Below, one piece after another: positions 1-10,281 of a DNA stretch of 64,000 bases. Origin of the DNA: an uncultured delta proteobacterium. Its GTDB lineage: Bacteria > Myxococcota > B64-G9. Below the pieces are notes generated by a model that saw only the letters and a list, made by a program, of their open reading frames with translations, was not told the origin of the DNA and ran no database searches. The stretch lies in contig CAVWHX010000009.1 in NCBI GenBank assembly GCA_963754925.1, positions 69,671 through 133,670 on the forward strand, written 5' to 3'. The position numbers were made by a program, and so were the translations under genes. Each line of letters starts with the position of its first letter. The first letter of the stretch is position 1.

Positions 1-369
1 ACGATGTTCGAAAACGACGAGTTCAAGCGTCAGCACCCCGTGCTCAATCGTGCTCCCCAGCACGAGGTGGTTGGCGAGAGGAACGAAGACGAATCTCCCG
101 GTCCTTTCAACAGCGGTTTGTTCTCAGCGCTGCTTGATCGAGGCGACGTCAAGGGGGTCTTCGTCGGCCACGATCACATCAATGATTATGTCGGGAACTA
201 TTTTGGTATTTACCTCGGGTATTCCGCCAACACCGGATTCGGTACCTATGGGTTGGGCGGCGCCGATAACCATCGATTAAGAGGCGCGCGCGTCTTTGTA
301 CTGAATGAGGATGATCCCGAACACTTTGAAACGCATATGGTTTTTGCGAGAGATTACGGAATTCAGTAA
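1..369 (+). CDS. metallophosphoesterase (calcineurin-like) C-terminal fragment; 5' end lies outside the window
   Basis: Frame open to window start. GHDH motif (VFVGHDHIND) and overall similarity to purple-acid-phosphatase-type phosphoesterases. Confidence 0.55.
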   Translation, partial: TMFENDEFKRQHPVLNRAPQHEVVGERNEDESPGPFNSGLFSALLDRGDVKGVFVGHDHINDYVGNYFGIYLGYSANTGFGTYGLGGADNHRLRGARVFVLNEDDPEHFETHMVFARDYGIQ

Positions 370-473
370 GCGTCGTATAATTAACATTGGACGCCTCCCC
401 CATTCGCTTTTCTCTCATTATCCTTAAGTCATCTCTAAGGGTCGGGCGCCGTCTTTATCCTCTCCCACGCCTT

Positions 474-2012
474 TCATGGTGAAAGGGACAGCTCTGAGTG
501 AGATACGAAGGAGGATACTCGACCACCGGTGTGACTCTTCGTCGGAAAGTAAATACTATACCTCTCTCCACTGTACTCTTTGGAGAAGACTTCCTGGTTC
601 CGATTCACTCGCTCGATAAAGGCTTGTCGTGTTGTTTCGCAGGCGCCGTCTCCGGGCAAGCAAGGAAATGATGATGGGCTAAAGATTATCGCTGAGACCG
701 CATCTTTCTTGCTCCAATCATCGTAGATTTCAGACGCTTCTTCCAAAGAGGAGTAGAACGGTATGAAGAGAGAATCGACGTAGGCTGCAGGAATTGGATC
801 AGAGGTGAGTATGGCGCCTGGTACCGGATGCGATGCAAAATATCGGTAATATTCGGCTACCATTGGTCGTTCGTTGCTTGACATCATCTCATAGTATTTC
901 CCGTCTTCTCTGACGGATAGAGTTCCCGAATAGAGAAAAAACAAAACTATGACGGCCGCGGCTGCGGTGCTGAGTATTATGTTCATTTCTCGTTTTTTTC
1001 GCAGCCACTCTAAAAGCCACATGACTCCCCATGCTGCACTGATCGCGAAGTACGGGAGCATCACAATGAGGAACCGTGTCTGCTTGTTGATTATCCAAGT
1101 AAAGTATCCCAGGTATACCGCCAAAAAGAGGACGATAGTGCGCCTATGAGTGTTACGAGCGGTTGTTGAAAATACTATCAGCGCGGCGCCAAGGATGACA
1201 AACCCCAACATCCAATTGTCATTAATCGCGGCAGCGGGGTAAAAAGTCAGATTTTGCCAGAAACCGGGGACGCTATCGAATGGGTTTGATTGATGCCAGC
1301 TGCCAAGTATTATAGGTCTGAAAAATGCGTCGATGATGCTGCTTGAATCTGGGTGATACATGAAGTAATTGAAAATGAAAAATGGGGCCACCGTGATGAA
1401 GAATGAAGAGGTTATCGTTAAGGCCTTCTTGAAAAGGTCTTTTGTGTCCTTGTCATAGGCCCATGAGAAAACCAGAGACATGATAATCGCGCCGAATGCG
1501 AGTCCTTGAGGAAATCTTGTCAGGAATGAAACGCCGCAGAACACTCCAGTTAATGCGTATTTTTTCTTGATGAAAAAGAATAGCGCGCAGAGTACGAAGA
1601 ATGTCGAAGGGATATCCGACAGCGCGGATCCGGTATATGAGAAATATGTTGGTGATATCGCCATGGTTAATGCGGCCAAAAGCGCAACTCTTCCATCAAA
1701 TATTTCCTCTGCGATGAGGTAGGTAATAACGATCGCCCCTGCAGAGAATAGGATCTCGACTATTTCCGCAACATACACCTGGGGAAGACCAACTTTCCAT
1801 ATCGTTCCCAATATGAGCGGAAGCACCAGGGGCCTGATCTCTTCAAATAACCCGATATGGCCAAAAGACATAAGATATTTGCCCATGGCCAGATAGACTG
1901 CCTCATCCCATATTATTTCGTGAGGTTTGAGTAAGAAAAATATCCTTACCACAATAAACAAGGCTATGAGGTACCCTATCCAAATATATTTTTTGAAAAG
2001 ACTTTCTTTCAT
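474..2012 (-). CDS. integral-membrane glycosyltransferase, family 39/83-like (ArnT/PMT type, polyprenyl-phosphate-sugar dependent)
   Basis: 512 aa with many predicted TM helices. DE motif in the first loop (IIWDEAVYL) and a soluble C-terminal domain. ATGA overlap with the upstream phosphoesterase gene indicates an operon. Confidence 0.55.
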   Translation of the reverse strand: MKESLFKKYIWIGYLIALFIVVRIFFLLKPHEIIWDEAVYLAMGKYLMSFGHIGLFEEIRPLVLPLILGTIWKVGLPQVYVAEIVEILFSAGAIVITYLIAEEIFDGRVALLAALTMAISPTYFSYTGSALSDIPSTFFVLCALFFFIKKKYALTGVFCGVSFLTRFPQGLAFGAIIMSLVFSWAYDKDTKDLFKKALTITSSFFITVAPFFIFNYFMYHPDSSSIIDAFFRPIILGSWHQSNPFDSVPGFWQNLTFYPAAAINDNWMLGFVILGAALIVFSTTARNTHRRTIVLFLAVYLGYFTWIINKQTRFLIVMLPYFAISAAWGVMWLLEWLRKKREMNIILSTAAAAVIVLFFLYSGTLSVREDGKYYEMMSSNERPMVAEYYRYFASHPVPGAILTSDPIPAAYVDSLFIPFYSSLEEASEIYDDWSKKDAVSAIIFSPSSFPCLPGDGACETTRQAFIERVNRNQEVFSKEYSGERYSIYFPTKSHTGGRVSSFVSHSELSLSP

Positions 2013-3781
2013 TGGCAGACACCGGGAGCCACGGCGAAGTCGCCGGTGAAGTTAAGCACCGCCCAGAACGTGTGCGTGGTTAGATCAACACCGTAGGTGC
2101 CCAGGCCATAGCCGCTGGTATAGGGTCCCACGACAAACATCTTGGTGCCGCCCGTATTGCCGCTCACCACGTTGACCCACTTCTTGTCTCCTGGGGTCGC
2201 GATTCCCAAGCAGCCTGTCTTAGCCATTTTATTGCTGACTTTATCGTCATCGTAACTCATGGAGAGGACAAAGATATCGGTTGTAGCTTTGCCCTGCTCC
2301 GTCATGCCCCAAAGGGTGAGAATGTCGCTATAAAGATCGCCGAATCGGTCCGTCCAGCCCGTATTGACGGCCTTGCTGACGGTCCGGCCGCTGCCGTCCC
2401 TTTGAGTGCTGCTGTTGGTCCCGTCGAGGATGGCGGCGGTGGTGGTGTCGTATATATCGGATACGACCGAGTACGAGGCGCCCTGGGCGACGATGAATTC
2501 CTGGCCGTTGAGGCTATAGCCGAAGGAATCGCGTTTGGTGAACGTGAGTGTCGGTGTGGCGCTGATGGTCACGTTTTTTCCGGGAGCGGCAGGCGTGCCC
2601 ATGAGATCCGAGGCGTAATAGTCCACGGTAACCGCAGGTCCTTTGACCGTGAAGATGTAGTAACCGATCCGGTAGAGATCTTGACCCAGCGGCGTTTCCC
2701 GAGCCACGCCAAACGACGGCACGTCGTATTTTTCGTCATGGGAAGGCGTTGCCGGGGTATAAAACTTGTAGCTGCAGGAGGCGACGATCAGGTCCGTGAT
2801 CCTGACCGTTCCCTTGGTGTCGGACACGAGGGCACGGTTGTGCATGTGGTCATGGCCTCCAATAAAATAGCGCACGCTGTTGCCGAAGAGGGAGTCGATG
2901 AAGACGTCCGTTGCCGCCGGGTTCTGGGAAGGATTCGAGGTGGGATCCAGGTTAACGTTATTGCTCAGGAGAGTATCCACGTGGTTCTCGGTGATGATCC
3001 CCTTGTGACTGAAGACAAAGGCATGCGTTCCGGCGTCTCGCCCGGTTAAGGCGCTGGTGATCCACTCTTGCTGAGGAGCAATAGCGCCGAGTCCGTCCGC
3101 GGCGGCATCGGCGGGCGTGAACTGATCAAGGATCACGAAACGGGCGTTACGATAGTCGAAGGAATAGCTCAAACCCGTCAAATCACCGATCCCCTGGACG
3201 TTCCCGGGGGTGCTGAAGTTTGTTCCCGTGGTGAAGACGGAGCCTCTCTTGGGCGGGAGCTGAATGTTGTCCGTGGTGGTGATGAATGCGTCCCGCGGTG
3301 TGGCATTGTGGTGTCCCTTTTGAGTTTGGGGATAGATGCGCTGGAATTCGCGGGCCGCGGCGGAGTCGGCCACGTAGCCGCTGTCTTCGCCTTCGTGGTT
3401 GCCGCGCATAGGGAAGAAGCCGATCCGTGCGTTGTAGAGAGCCTGGGCATAGGTGGCGCGAGTGTCCATGGCCAACACGGTGCCGTTGTCCGTGAGATCA
3501 CCTACCTGGATCACGAATTTGACGCGCCTGTTGATGAATTCCCTATTCACCTGGTCAATAATGCCGACGGCAACGGTATTGGGATTCTTGCCGTCGTCCG
3601 TGGGCCATTGCGTATCGCCCATGACGCCGAATGCCCAGGTATGCAAGAAGTCTGTCGATGGCACCCGCGAGGAAACCCGGGCATCGAAATCTTCAGTGAT
3701 GTCCTGCAACTGGTCACAGCCGACAACGAGGATCGCTGCCGAAAGAGCAATGGCTATGACGGTTTTTCGAATTGACAACAT
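2009..3781 (-). CDS. secreted lipoprotein metallophosphoesterase (calcineurin-like)
   Basis: ORF track gives 2009..3946. I place the start at the internal ATG 3781 (MLSIRKTVIAIALSAAILVVGC, lipobox), 8 nt after GGAGGA. Motifs GDTQ, GDLTDNG, GNHE, GHDH. Confidence 0.65.
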   Translation of the reverse strand: MLSIRKTVIAIALSAAILVVGCDQLQDITEDFDARVSSRVPSTDFLHTWAFGVMGDTQWPTDDGKNPNTVAVGIIDQVNREFINRRVKFVIQVGDLTDNGTVLAMDTRATYAQALYNARIGFFPMRGNHEGEDSGYVADSAAAREFQRIYPQTQKGHHNATPRDAFITTTDNIQLPPKRGSVFTTGTNFSTPGNVQGIGDLTGLSYSFDYRNARFVILDQFTPADAAADGLGAIAPQQEWITSALTGRDAGTHAFVFSHKGIITENHVDTLLSNNVNLDPTSNPSQNPAATDVFIDSLFGNSVRYFIGGHDHMHNRALVSDTKGTVRITDLIVASCSYKFYTPATPSHDEKYDVPSFGVARETPLGQDLYRIGYYIFTVKGPAVTVDYYASDLMGTPAAPGKNVTISATPTLTFTKRDSFGYSLNGQEFIVAQGASYSVVSDIYDTTTAAILDGTNSSTQRDGSGRTVSKAVNTGWTDRFGDLYSDILTLWGMTEQGKATTDIFVLSMSYDDDKVSNKMAKTGCLGIATPGDKKWVNVVSGNTGGTKMFVVGPYTSGYGLGTYGVDLTTHTFWAVLNFTGDFAVAPGVCQ

Positions 3782-3837
3782 TGGGTTGATGGTTTCCTCC
3801 TCTCGATCAGTTTTCGAAGGGAAGGATACTGAGGATT

Positions 3838-3859
3838 CGTTACAGCGTTGTGACAACTG
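3838..3859 (-). promoter_or_regulatory. Pho-box-like 7-4-7 direct repeat (TTGTCAC aacg CTGTAAC) about 60-80 bp upstream of the phosphoesterase start
   Basis: Read directly on the minus strand. Matches the architecture of PhoB boxes (CTGTCAT n4 CTGTCAT). A PhoB-like regulator is encoded 2 kb away. Confidence 0.35.
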
Positions 3860-3881
3860 CGTAAATTCTTGATGGTTTCTT

Positions 3882-5651
3882 CTATGAACTGAATAGAGGA
3901 AGCGTGAAAAAGAAGGTTGTTCCTCGGCCGACGGCACTCTCGACATCGACTGTTCCGTCCATGGCTTCGACCAGGTGTTTTACGATGGACAGGCCGAGTC
4001 CCGTGCCGCCGAGCTCGCGCGACCTCCCGGGGTCAACGCGGTAGAAGCGTTCGAACAGCCGGGGAAGGTGCGCCGGTTCGATACCGGGTCCCGTGTCTTC
4101 GATCGACACCCGAACGAATAATCCCTCAACCGCGGCCCGAATGTGGACCTCGGTGCCCTCGGGACAGTACTTGACGGCGTTGTCGAGAAGGTTGGCAAGG
4201 ATTTGATCCACCGCGCGTCGATCCGCCCGCACGGGCGGCACGTCGTCCGGCAGGGATTGATGAATCGTGATCCGTTTCGAGGCGGCTCTATCACAGCAGA
4301 CGGTGAGGGCGTTTTCGATCACGGATCGGAGACTGAGGGGTTCATAGTGAAGCCTGAACTCACGGGATTCAATCCGCGATAGGTCCAAAAGATCCTCAAT
4401 GAGATGATGCAGTCGGTCCACGTTTCGCTCGATGATATCGAGAAAGTCGGAGGCGGCAGCCGGGTCGCTTTTCAACGCTCCGTGGAGCGTCTCCAGCGCG
4501 GAACGCGCGGACGCTACCGGGGTGCGGAGCTCGTGGGAGGCATTGGCTACGAAGTCCCGACGCAACGACTCAAGGCGACGAATGTCGGTCACATCCACAA
4601 ACACCAACAAGGTGCCCTGATGGGCGGCTACCGTGGATGCGTGGACTAACAGCCGACGAGGCTTGATCCCCGCCACGTCGATTTCGCCCGAGACCGCTGT
4701 TTGTGCGCTGACCGCTTGATCCAAAAGCGACTTGAGCTCGGCGTGGCGTATGACCTCCAGCAGCTGCCGACCGACGACGTCGGAACCAACCAGGAACATC
4801 TCGCGGAAAGAGGGATTGAGCAGGGCGAGCCGTCCTTGGCTATCAACCAGGAGGACGCCTTCCCGCATGCCGGTCAGAATCCCTCCGAGCAGATCGCGTT
4901 CGGAGCGCAGATCGGCGAGCGAAGCCGACAGGCTCTGGGCGAGGCCATTGAGCGTCTGCCCCAGCTCGGCGAACTCGTCGCGCCCGGCAACGGTTGTTCG
5001 TGTTGAAAGATCGCCTTGTGCCATCGCCCTGGCGGCGGCGGTCAGCCCCCGGACCGTACGCGCCGCAAGCTGCGTGGCAACCCCCGAGAACAGCGTGGCC
5101 AAGGCCAAGGCCAAAAACGACGCGAGGAGAATCACTCGTCTGAGCTTCGCGAGGGACTGGTCGATTTCCACAAGCGGCATGGCGATACGAACAACCCCTA
5201 CAACCTCGTTGGCGCGGCGAAAGGGAACGGCGGCATACAATAAACGCCCTTTGATGGTAGTGCTGTAGCGGGCGCTCTCCCCCTGGCCCTTGGCGAGCGC
5301 CTCTGCCACCTCCGGCCTATCGGAGTGATTTTCCAAGCGGGCAAGCTGTTCAAGACTCACTTCCGAATCTCCCAGAACAACGCCGTCACGTCGAATGATG
5401 GTCACCCGCGCCCGAGTAAGCCGTCCCAACGCGTCGGCGACGGCGTCCCAGGCGGCGGTATCGTCAAGCGGAATGGAGAGCGCCCCGACATCGTGATGAA
5501 CCAGATCGAGTCGGACGAGAAGGTCGTCGCGGATGCTGTCGGTAAGAAAGCGATCGAGTGCGGTTGAAAGGTAGCCGTACGCGGCGATACATGAGACGGC
5601 GATGAGGCCGAATGAGAGCAGGAAAAGTTTCGATCGGATGCCAAGCTTCAT
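3882..5651 (-). CDS. sensor histidine kinase, PhoR-like (TM, HAMP, PAS, HisKA, HATPase)
   Basis: H-box NASHELRTPV, HAMP-like segment after the second TM, C-terminal G-boxes (GGTGLGLSIV). 4-bp overlap with the upstream response regulator. Confidence 0.8.
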   Translation of the reverse strand: MKLGIRSKLFLLSFGLIAVSCIAAYGYLSTALDRFLTDSIRDDLLVRLDLVHHDVGALSIPLDDTAAWDAVADALGRLTRARVTIIRRDGVVLGDSEVSLEQLARLENHSDRPEVAEALAKGQGESARYSTTIKGRLLYAAVPFRRANEVVGVVRIAMPLVEIDQSLAKLRRVILLASFLALALATLFSGVATQLAARTVRGLTAAARAMAQGDLSTRTTVAGRDEFAELGQTLNGLAQSLSASLADLRSERDLLGGILTGMREGVLLVDSQGRLALLNPSFREMFLVGSDVVGRQLLEVIRHAELKSLLDQAVSAQTAVSGEIDVAGIKPRRLLVHASTVAAHQGTLLVFVDVTDIRRLESLRRDFVANASHELRTPVASARSALETLHGALKSDPAAASDFLDIIERNVDRLHHLIEDLLDLSRIESREFRLHYEPLSLRSVIENALTVCCDRAASKRITIHQSLPDDVPPVRADRRAVDQILANLLDNAVKYCPEGTEVHIRAAVEGLFVRVSIEDTGPGIEPAHLPRLFERFYRVDPGRSRELGGTGLGLSIVKHLVEAMDGTVDVESAVGRGTTFFFTLPLFSS

Positions 5652-6346
5652 GGTCCCGCTCCATCAGGGCTCTCCGCAAAGCGGTAGCCGACCCCGCGCA
5701 CCGTCTCAATGTACTCGCCGGCGCGACCGAGCTTTTCCCGCAGGCGTTTGACATGGGTGTCCACGGTTCTGGTGGTGATGGCCGCTTCGATGCCCCATAC
5801 GTCGTCGAGCAGAACCGTCCTATTCTGAACGCGGTTGCGCCGGTCATAGAGCGTTACGAGGAGTTTAAACTCCAGGGCGGTGAGCTCAACTTCCCGTTCG
5901 GCCACCCACACGCGGTGCGCGTCGCAATCAACGCGCAACCATCCAAACTCAAAAGACTGCGGCGCGGCGCTTTCTCCCTGCGTGCGCCGAAGAATCGCCT
6001 CGATCCGGAGGAGCAGCTCCCGGACGCTGAACGGCTTTACCACGTAGTCGTCGGCGCCAAGCTCGAATCCGACGACACGGTCGACCTCTTCACCTTTGGC
6101 GGTGAGCATGAGGATCGGAATACCCTTCGTTTTCGGATCTCGTTTGATGGTCTTGCAGACCTCGGTGCCCGGCAGGTCCGGGAGCATCAGGTCGAGGATC
6201 ACGAGCTCGGGGTTGCGGTCCCGCGCGATCTGGAGGCCGTCCCGTCCGCGCAACGCGGTAAGCACCTCATGGCCGGCCTGCTTAAGGTTGTAGCCCAGGA
6301 CCTTCTGGAGGTCTAGTTCATCTTCGATAACCAAAACGCGAGCCAT
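5648..6346 (-). CDS. OmpR-family response regulator, PhoB-like
   Basis: Receiver domain (VLVIEDE...ILDLMLPD...TAKGEE) plus winged-helix domain (TVRGVGYRF). Collinear similarity to E. coli PhoB along the whole length. Confidence 0.85.
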   Translation of the reverse strand: MARVLVIEDELDLQKVLGYNLKQAGHEVLTALRGRDGLQIARDRNPELVILDLMLPDLPGTEVCKTIKRDPKTKGIPILMLTAKGEEVDRVVGFELGADDYVVKPFSVRELLLRIEAILRRTQGESAAPQSFEFGWLRVDCDAHRVWVAEREVELTALEFKLLVTLYDRRNRVQNRTVLLDDVWGIEAAITTRTVDTHVKRLREKLGRAGEYIETVRGVGYRFAESPDGAGP

Positions 6347-6463
6347 GGTATGCCCTCCGTGCGGAGTGAAACAACTTCTTCAGCAAGCGCGACTCGGGCA
6401 TTGCTCCACTAGCGCCACGAGCCGTCTCACCTCATTCTGGTTACCACGAAGTGCGTATGGGTT

Positions 6464-8146
6464 TCAAATGGAGGTTGGTTGCGAGGCGAGGCGCGTGGTT
6501 TGCACGCTCTTCCCAACCCTCCAGACAAGTTTATGCAGCAGGTACCTTACCATTCCTGGCGCTAGAGCCAGCTGCATGGCGATATCATATGAACGCAGGT
6601 CATTCTGTTCTTCTAAAGGCTTGGGCAAGGGCAGCCCTTTTAGTCCATGCAATTTTTCCTCGATGAGATTTTCACTCTCATCGTACAAACCGTCCTCGAT
6701 TTTTTTCAAGTAATCAATGTAGTATCCATCCGCGACGCGCGCAATGGATTCGTTCATTCTTCTAATGCCGTAGCCATGCACGATTCCGAACAAAGAATCG
6801 AATACATTTTTTTTGAACACACTTTTGAGAATATAGCCGTGCGTGTACACGTCGTTATAGATGTCGATGATAATGCGCTGGAGAGTGCTCGGTTTCATTT
6901 TTTTGGGGAAATAGGTTATAAAGCTGCCGGTCATGTAGTCGGCATACGAGGAATTTGACGGGTCCGTCATTTGGTAATACGTCATGAACCGTCGATTGAG
7001 CGGTACCAACAGGGTGCCGTCGTCTTCCCGTTTGATGTCGTGCAGGATAAACACATTAAGACTCAGATTGTTTTGCCTGATAAATTGCACCAACTCGCGC
7101 GCCTTCTCTTTGGTATCGCCGTCATACCCAAACGCGAATGTGCCAATCACATGGATGCCGCTTTTTTTGATATTATGAAGAGACCATACCACATCGGCGC
7201 TGGTCTGCTTTTTATTAAAGGCTTTGAGGTTCGCATCAACCAGGGATTCGACTCCCACAATCAGGCATTGAACGCCTGCTTTTTTCAAAAGGGCGAGTGT
7301 TTCTTCATCGTGACCTATCTCTTCGCGCTCGAAAACGATTAAGGTCGCGCCCAGGTTTTCCTTTATCAGCCGGTTGAGCAAAAGCTTCGTTTTCTCTCTG
7401 TTTCCGAAAAAGCTGTTGTCCACCACGAAAAACCAATCATTATAGCGCTGCTTGTCCTTGATTTCGGCGATTATGCTATCGATGTCCCGGTTTCTGTACA
7501 CGCCGCCGAAAAGCTTTTGCGTAGGACAGAAGCTGCATTTATAGTGACATCCCCGCGAGGTCTGGAGCGTGTTTTGAATATTATACAAACGTCCAATACC
7601 CAGTGTCATGCGTTTGAATCCGCGGATGAGCGTCATATCGGGAATAATCGAAGGAATTACGGGAGGAACACGACTCGGCGTTTTTACAATCCCTCTGTCT
7701 TTTTTAAACATAATACCTTGTACGCGTTCAATATCTCCCCGGTTCATGATACATTTGATAAGTTCCGGCAAAACCTCATCGCCCTCGCAGCAGACCGCGT
7801 AATGACAGAAATCCAACACGGTTTCCGGGAACATGATAACGTGCGGGCCGCCGATTATGACGCTGATGCCGGGTTTTTCCTTCATAATACGCATAGCGCA
7901 TTCTTTAACTTTATTATACGCGGGGGCAAACAGCGGAAAACATACAACGTCGCAATCGGTCATGGTTTCAAAATCCATCCGACTTGTTCCTTCCAGATAA
8001 ACCGCAACATCGTATCCCTTTTGCTTTAATATCGTTGCGAGAAGAGGCGTTCCGTATTTCGGAAACACTCTTCTCGCGGCAAGGGTATTCAACTTCGCGT
8101 TATACTCGATAAAATTCACTCTCGTATGAGATGGTATATCTGACAT
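6464..8146 (-). CDS. B12-binding domain-containing radical SAM protein (class B)
   Basis: N-terminal cobalamin-binding-type domain followed by CxxxCxxC (SRGCHYKCSFCP). 560 aa. Confidence 0.8.
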   Translation of the reverse strand: MSDIPSHTRVNFIEYNAKLNTLAARRVFPKYGTPLLATILKQKGYDVAVYLEGTSRMDFETMTDCDVVCFPLFAPAYNKVKECAMRIMKEKPGISVIIGGPHVIMFPETVLDFCHYAVCCEGDEVLPELIKCIMNRGDIERVQGIMFKKDRGIVKTPSRVPPVIPSIIPDMTLIRGFKRMTLGIGRLYNIQNTLQTSRGCHYKCSFCPTQKLFGGVYRNRDIDSIIAEIKDKQRYNDWFFVVDNSFFGNREKTKLLLNRLIKENLGATLIVFEREEIGHDEETLALLKKAGVQCLIVGVESLVDANLKAFNKKQTSADVVWSLHNIKKSGIHVIGTFAFGYDGDTKEKARELVQFIRQNNLSLNVFILHDIKREDDGTLLVPLNRRFMTYYQMTDPSNSSYADYMTGSFITYFPKKMKPSTLQRIIIDIYNDVYTHGYILKSVFKKNVFDSLFGIVHGYGIRRMNESIARVADGYYIDYLKKIEDGLYDESENLIEEKLHGLKGLPLPKPLEEQNDLRSYDIAMQLALAPGMVRYLLHKLVWRVGKSVQTTRLASQPTSI

Positions 8147-8404
8147 GGCGCACCCTCCCTTTGACTTTTTCTTCTATAAACCCGTTTGAGCAATACCGAA
8201 CCTACCTCCAATCCGCTGAGGGATTTCTCATTTTTGTCCGGTATGATTCCTCCAGGGAAAAAACGTTATTTTGATGCTTCAAAGTATGGTATTGTCACGC
8301 TGGTTGTATACGCAGTAGATGGTTTAATGTTTGGAACTTTGTCATTGGTCATCAATGTTGACACTGCAATTATATGATAACCTTAGAATGTGTGCGATGT
8401 CAAC

Positions 8405-9067
8405 ATGAAAAATGCCAGGACACCCAAACCGCGCCCGACCCGCTCAAGAATCAAGCGCAAGAGCCGAACCCACCCCGCCAGATACCACCACGGCAATCTG
8501 CGCGCCGCGCTGATCGAGGCGGGCCTGAAGGCGCTGGAGGTTAATGATCGGCGTGAGTTGAGCGTGCGTGAACTGGCGCGACGCGTGGGCGTGTCGGCCA
8601 ATGCCTCCTACCGACACTTCGCCAACAAGGAAGCCCTCCTGTCAGCGCTGGCTGCGGAAGGCTTCCGCCGCCTGCAAGCGGCATACAACAAAGCCACCGC
8701 GCAGCAGAGCCGGTCAGACGCGGGCTTTCGCGCGGCCGGTCGCGCCTATGTGCATTTCGCCATCGACAACCCGGCGCTGTTCCGTTTAATGTTCGAGCAC
8801 TTTACCCTCAGCCCGGAAGACCCGGAGCTGCTCGAAGCATCGATGGCATGCTTTCAATGGATGCTCAACTTCCTGGCTGGGGTGATCGGGCTTACGCCCG
8901 ATGACCCACGCGTGTTGATGAATGCCTTGGTAGGTTGGAGCACCGTGCATGGGTTGACCCACCTGGTCCTGAGCGGGCAGTTGGACTCCTTTGGCGGCGT
9001 TACCGACCAACTGATTGATGCAGTCGTGAACACGGATGTTCCGCTCTTTATGACGCTGAACAAGTAG
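8405..9067 (+). CDS. TetR/AcrR family transcriptional regulator
   Basis: HTH LSVRELARRVGVSANASYRHFANKEALL with an all-helical C-terminal domain. Start taken at ATG 8405 (MKNARTPK). Confidence 0.8.
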   Translation: MKNARTPKPRPTRSRIKRKSRTHPARYHHGNLRAALIEAGLKALEVNDRRELSVRELARRVGVSANASYRHFANKEALLSALAAEGFRRLQAAYNKATAQQSRSDAGFRAAGRAYVHFAIDNPALFRLMFEHFTLSPEDPELLEASMACFQWMLNFLAGVIGLTPDDPRVLMNALVGWSTVHGLTHLVLSGQLDSFGGVTDQLIDAVVNTDVPLFMTLNK

Positions 9068-9130
9068 GCAACCAGATTGACAGGCGTCTCTTGAGTGTTC
9101 TCTGTGTGGTTAGCTCGGAGCACCTGCGCA

Positions 9131-10213
9131 TTACGGCGCCTCGGTCGGTGTAACCTGCAGTTCCAATATCTCCGTTACGCGCAGCACCTTCACCGTCGCC
9201 GGTTTCTTTGACGGCCACTCCGTCAGGAAACGGTGCAAATCGTCTATGCTGGCGATCGGATGATCCGCCACGCCCAGTATCATGTCGCCCGGCAGAAGGC
9301 CCGATCGCTTCGCCGGTCCCCGTTGCTCAACCTCCACCACCTCCACTCCCTGTTCCAGGGGGAGCGCGTAATGGCGAACAATGCGCCGGTGAATCGGACG
9401 CGTGCCGCCGACAATACCCAGGTACGCCCGTGGCACTCGGCCCTGCGACATCAGCTTGGCCAGAACCCAACTCACGGTGTTTGAGGGGACGGCGAATCCG
9501 ATACCCTGTGCCGCTGCGATGGCAGCCGTATTAATCCCGACGACCTGGCCCTTGATGTTGATGAGCGGACCGCCTGAGTTGCCGGGGTTCAACGGCGCGG
9601 TGTGCTGGATCACGTTCTCGATGAGCCGCCCGTTGATGCTGCGCAGGGCGCGCCCCAAAGCACTGACGACCCCGGTTGAGACTGTGGAGTCGAATCCGAG
9701 CGGGTTGCCGACCGCTATGACGGTCTGGCCGGCGCGCAACTGATGTGAATCGCCCAGTTCCGCGAACGCCAGGCCGGAGCCGCCGACCCAGATCGCGGCC
9801 AAGTCCGTCGGCGGATCGACGCCCACCAGGGTGGCGTTTCGCGTGCTCCCATCGGTGAACTCGACGCCAATTTCTCTGGCGCCGAGAACCACATGGCTGT
9901 TGGTAATGATGTACCCGTCGGGGGCGATGACCACGCCGGAGCCGCTGCCGCGTCGCTCTGGATTAGCCGCGCCGTTGCCGTATCGGGTGACGATACTCAC
10001 CACAGCGGGAGCCACGCCCGCGACGATCGCGGCCACGGCGCGGGAAAAGGACTCGAGTATCCCGATGTCGCCCGCGACATGGTCGACGACGATGCGGGGT
10101 CTTGGGGTGTCGGATACCTCATCGGCGCTGCCGGTTGGTTTCCACGTTCTCGGAAATAGGTATAACACGCGCCACGTTTTGCCTCCTAGCGGCGAACGGC
10201 CGTCTATTCTCAC
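9131..10213 (-). CDS. HtrA/DegP-family trypsin-like serine protease with C-terminal PDZ domain
   Basis: Catalytic His (TNSHVV), Asp (TDLAAI) and Ser (GNSGGPLIN), then a PDZ-like segment. The true start may be downstream of the ORF-track start. Confidence 0.8.
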   Translation of the reverse strand: MRIDGRSPLGGKTWRVLYLFPRTWKPTGSADEVSDTPRPRIVVDHVAGDIGILESFSRAVAAIVAGVAPAVVSIVTRYGNGAANPERRGSGSGVVIAPDGYIITNSHVVLGAREIGVEFTDGSTRNATLVGVDPPTDLAAIWVGGSGLAFAELGDSHQLRAGQTVIAVGNPLGFDSTVSTGVVSALGRALRSINGRLIENVIQHTAPLNPGNSGGPLINIKGQVVGINTAAIAAAQGIGFAVPSNTVSWVLAKLMSQGRVPRAYLGIVGGTRPIHRRIVRHYALPLEQGVEVVEVEQRGPAKRSGLLPGDMILGVADHPIASIDDLHRFLTEWPSKKPATVKVLRVTEILELQVTPTEAP

Positions 10214-10281
10214 TCAAAGGTAAGTACGCCGATACCCTGTGGCAAGAGCTGTTCGTGAAGTATTTTGTTGGGGCAACCCCG

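Noticed and set aside
2402-3775. Plus-strand ORFs (215 and 235 aa) inside the lipoprotein phosphoesterase gene
   Set aside because: Gly/Arg/Val-rich shadow frames of a GC-rich gene.
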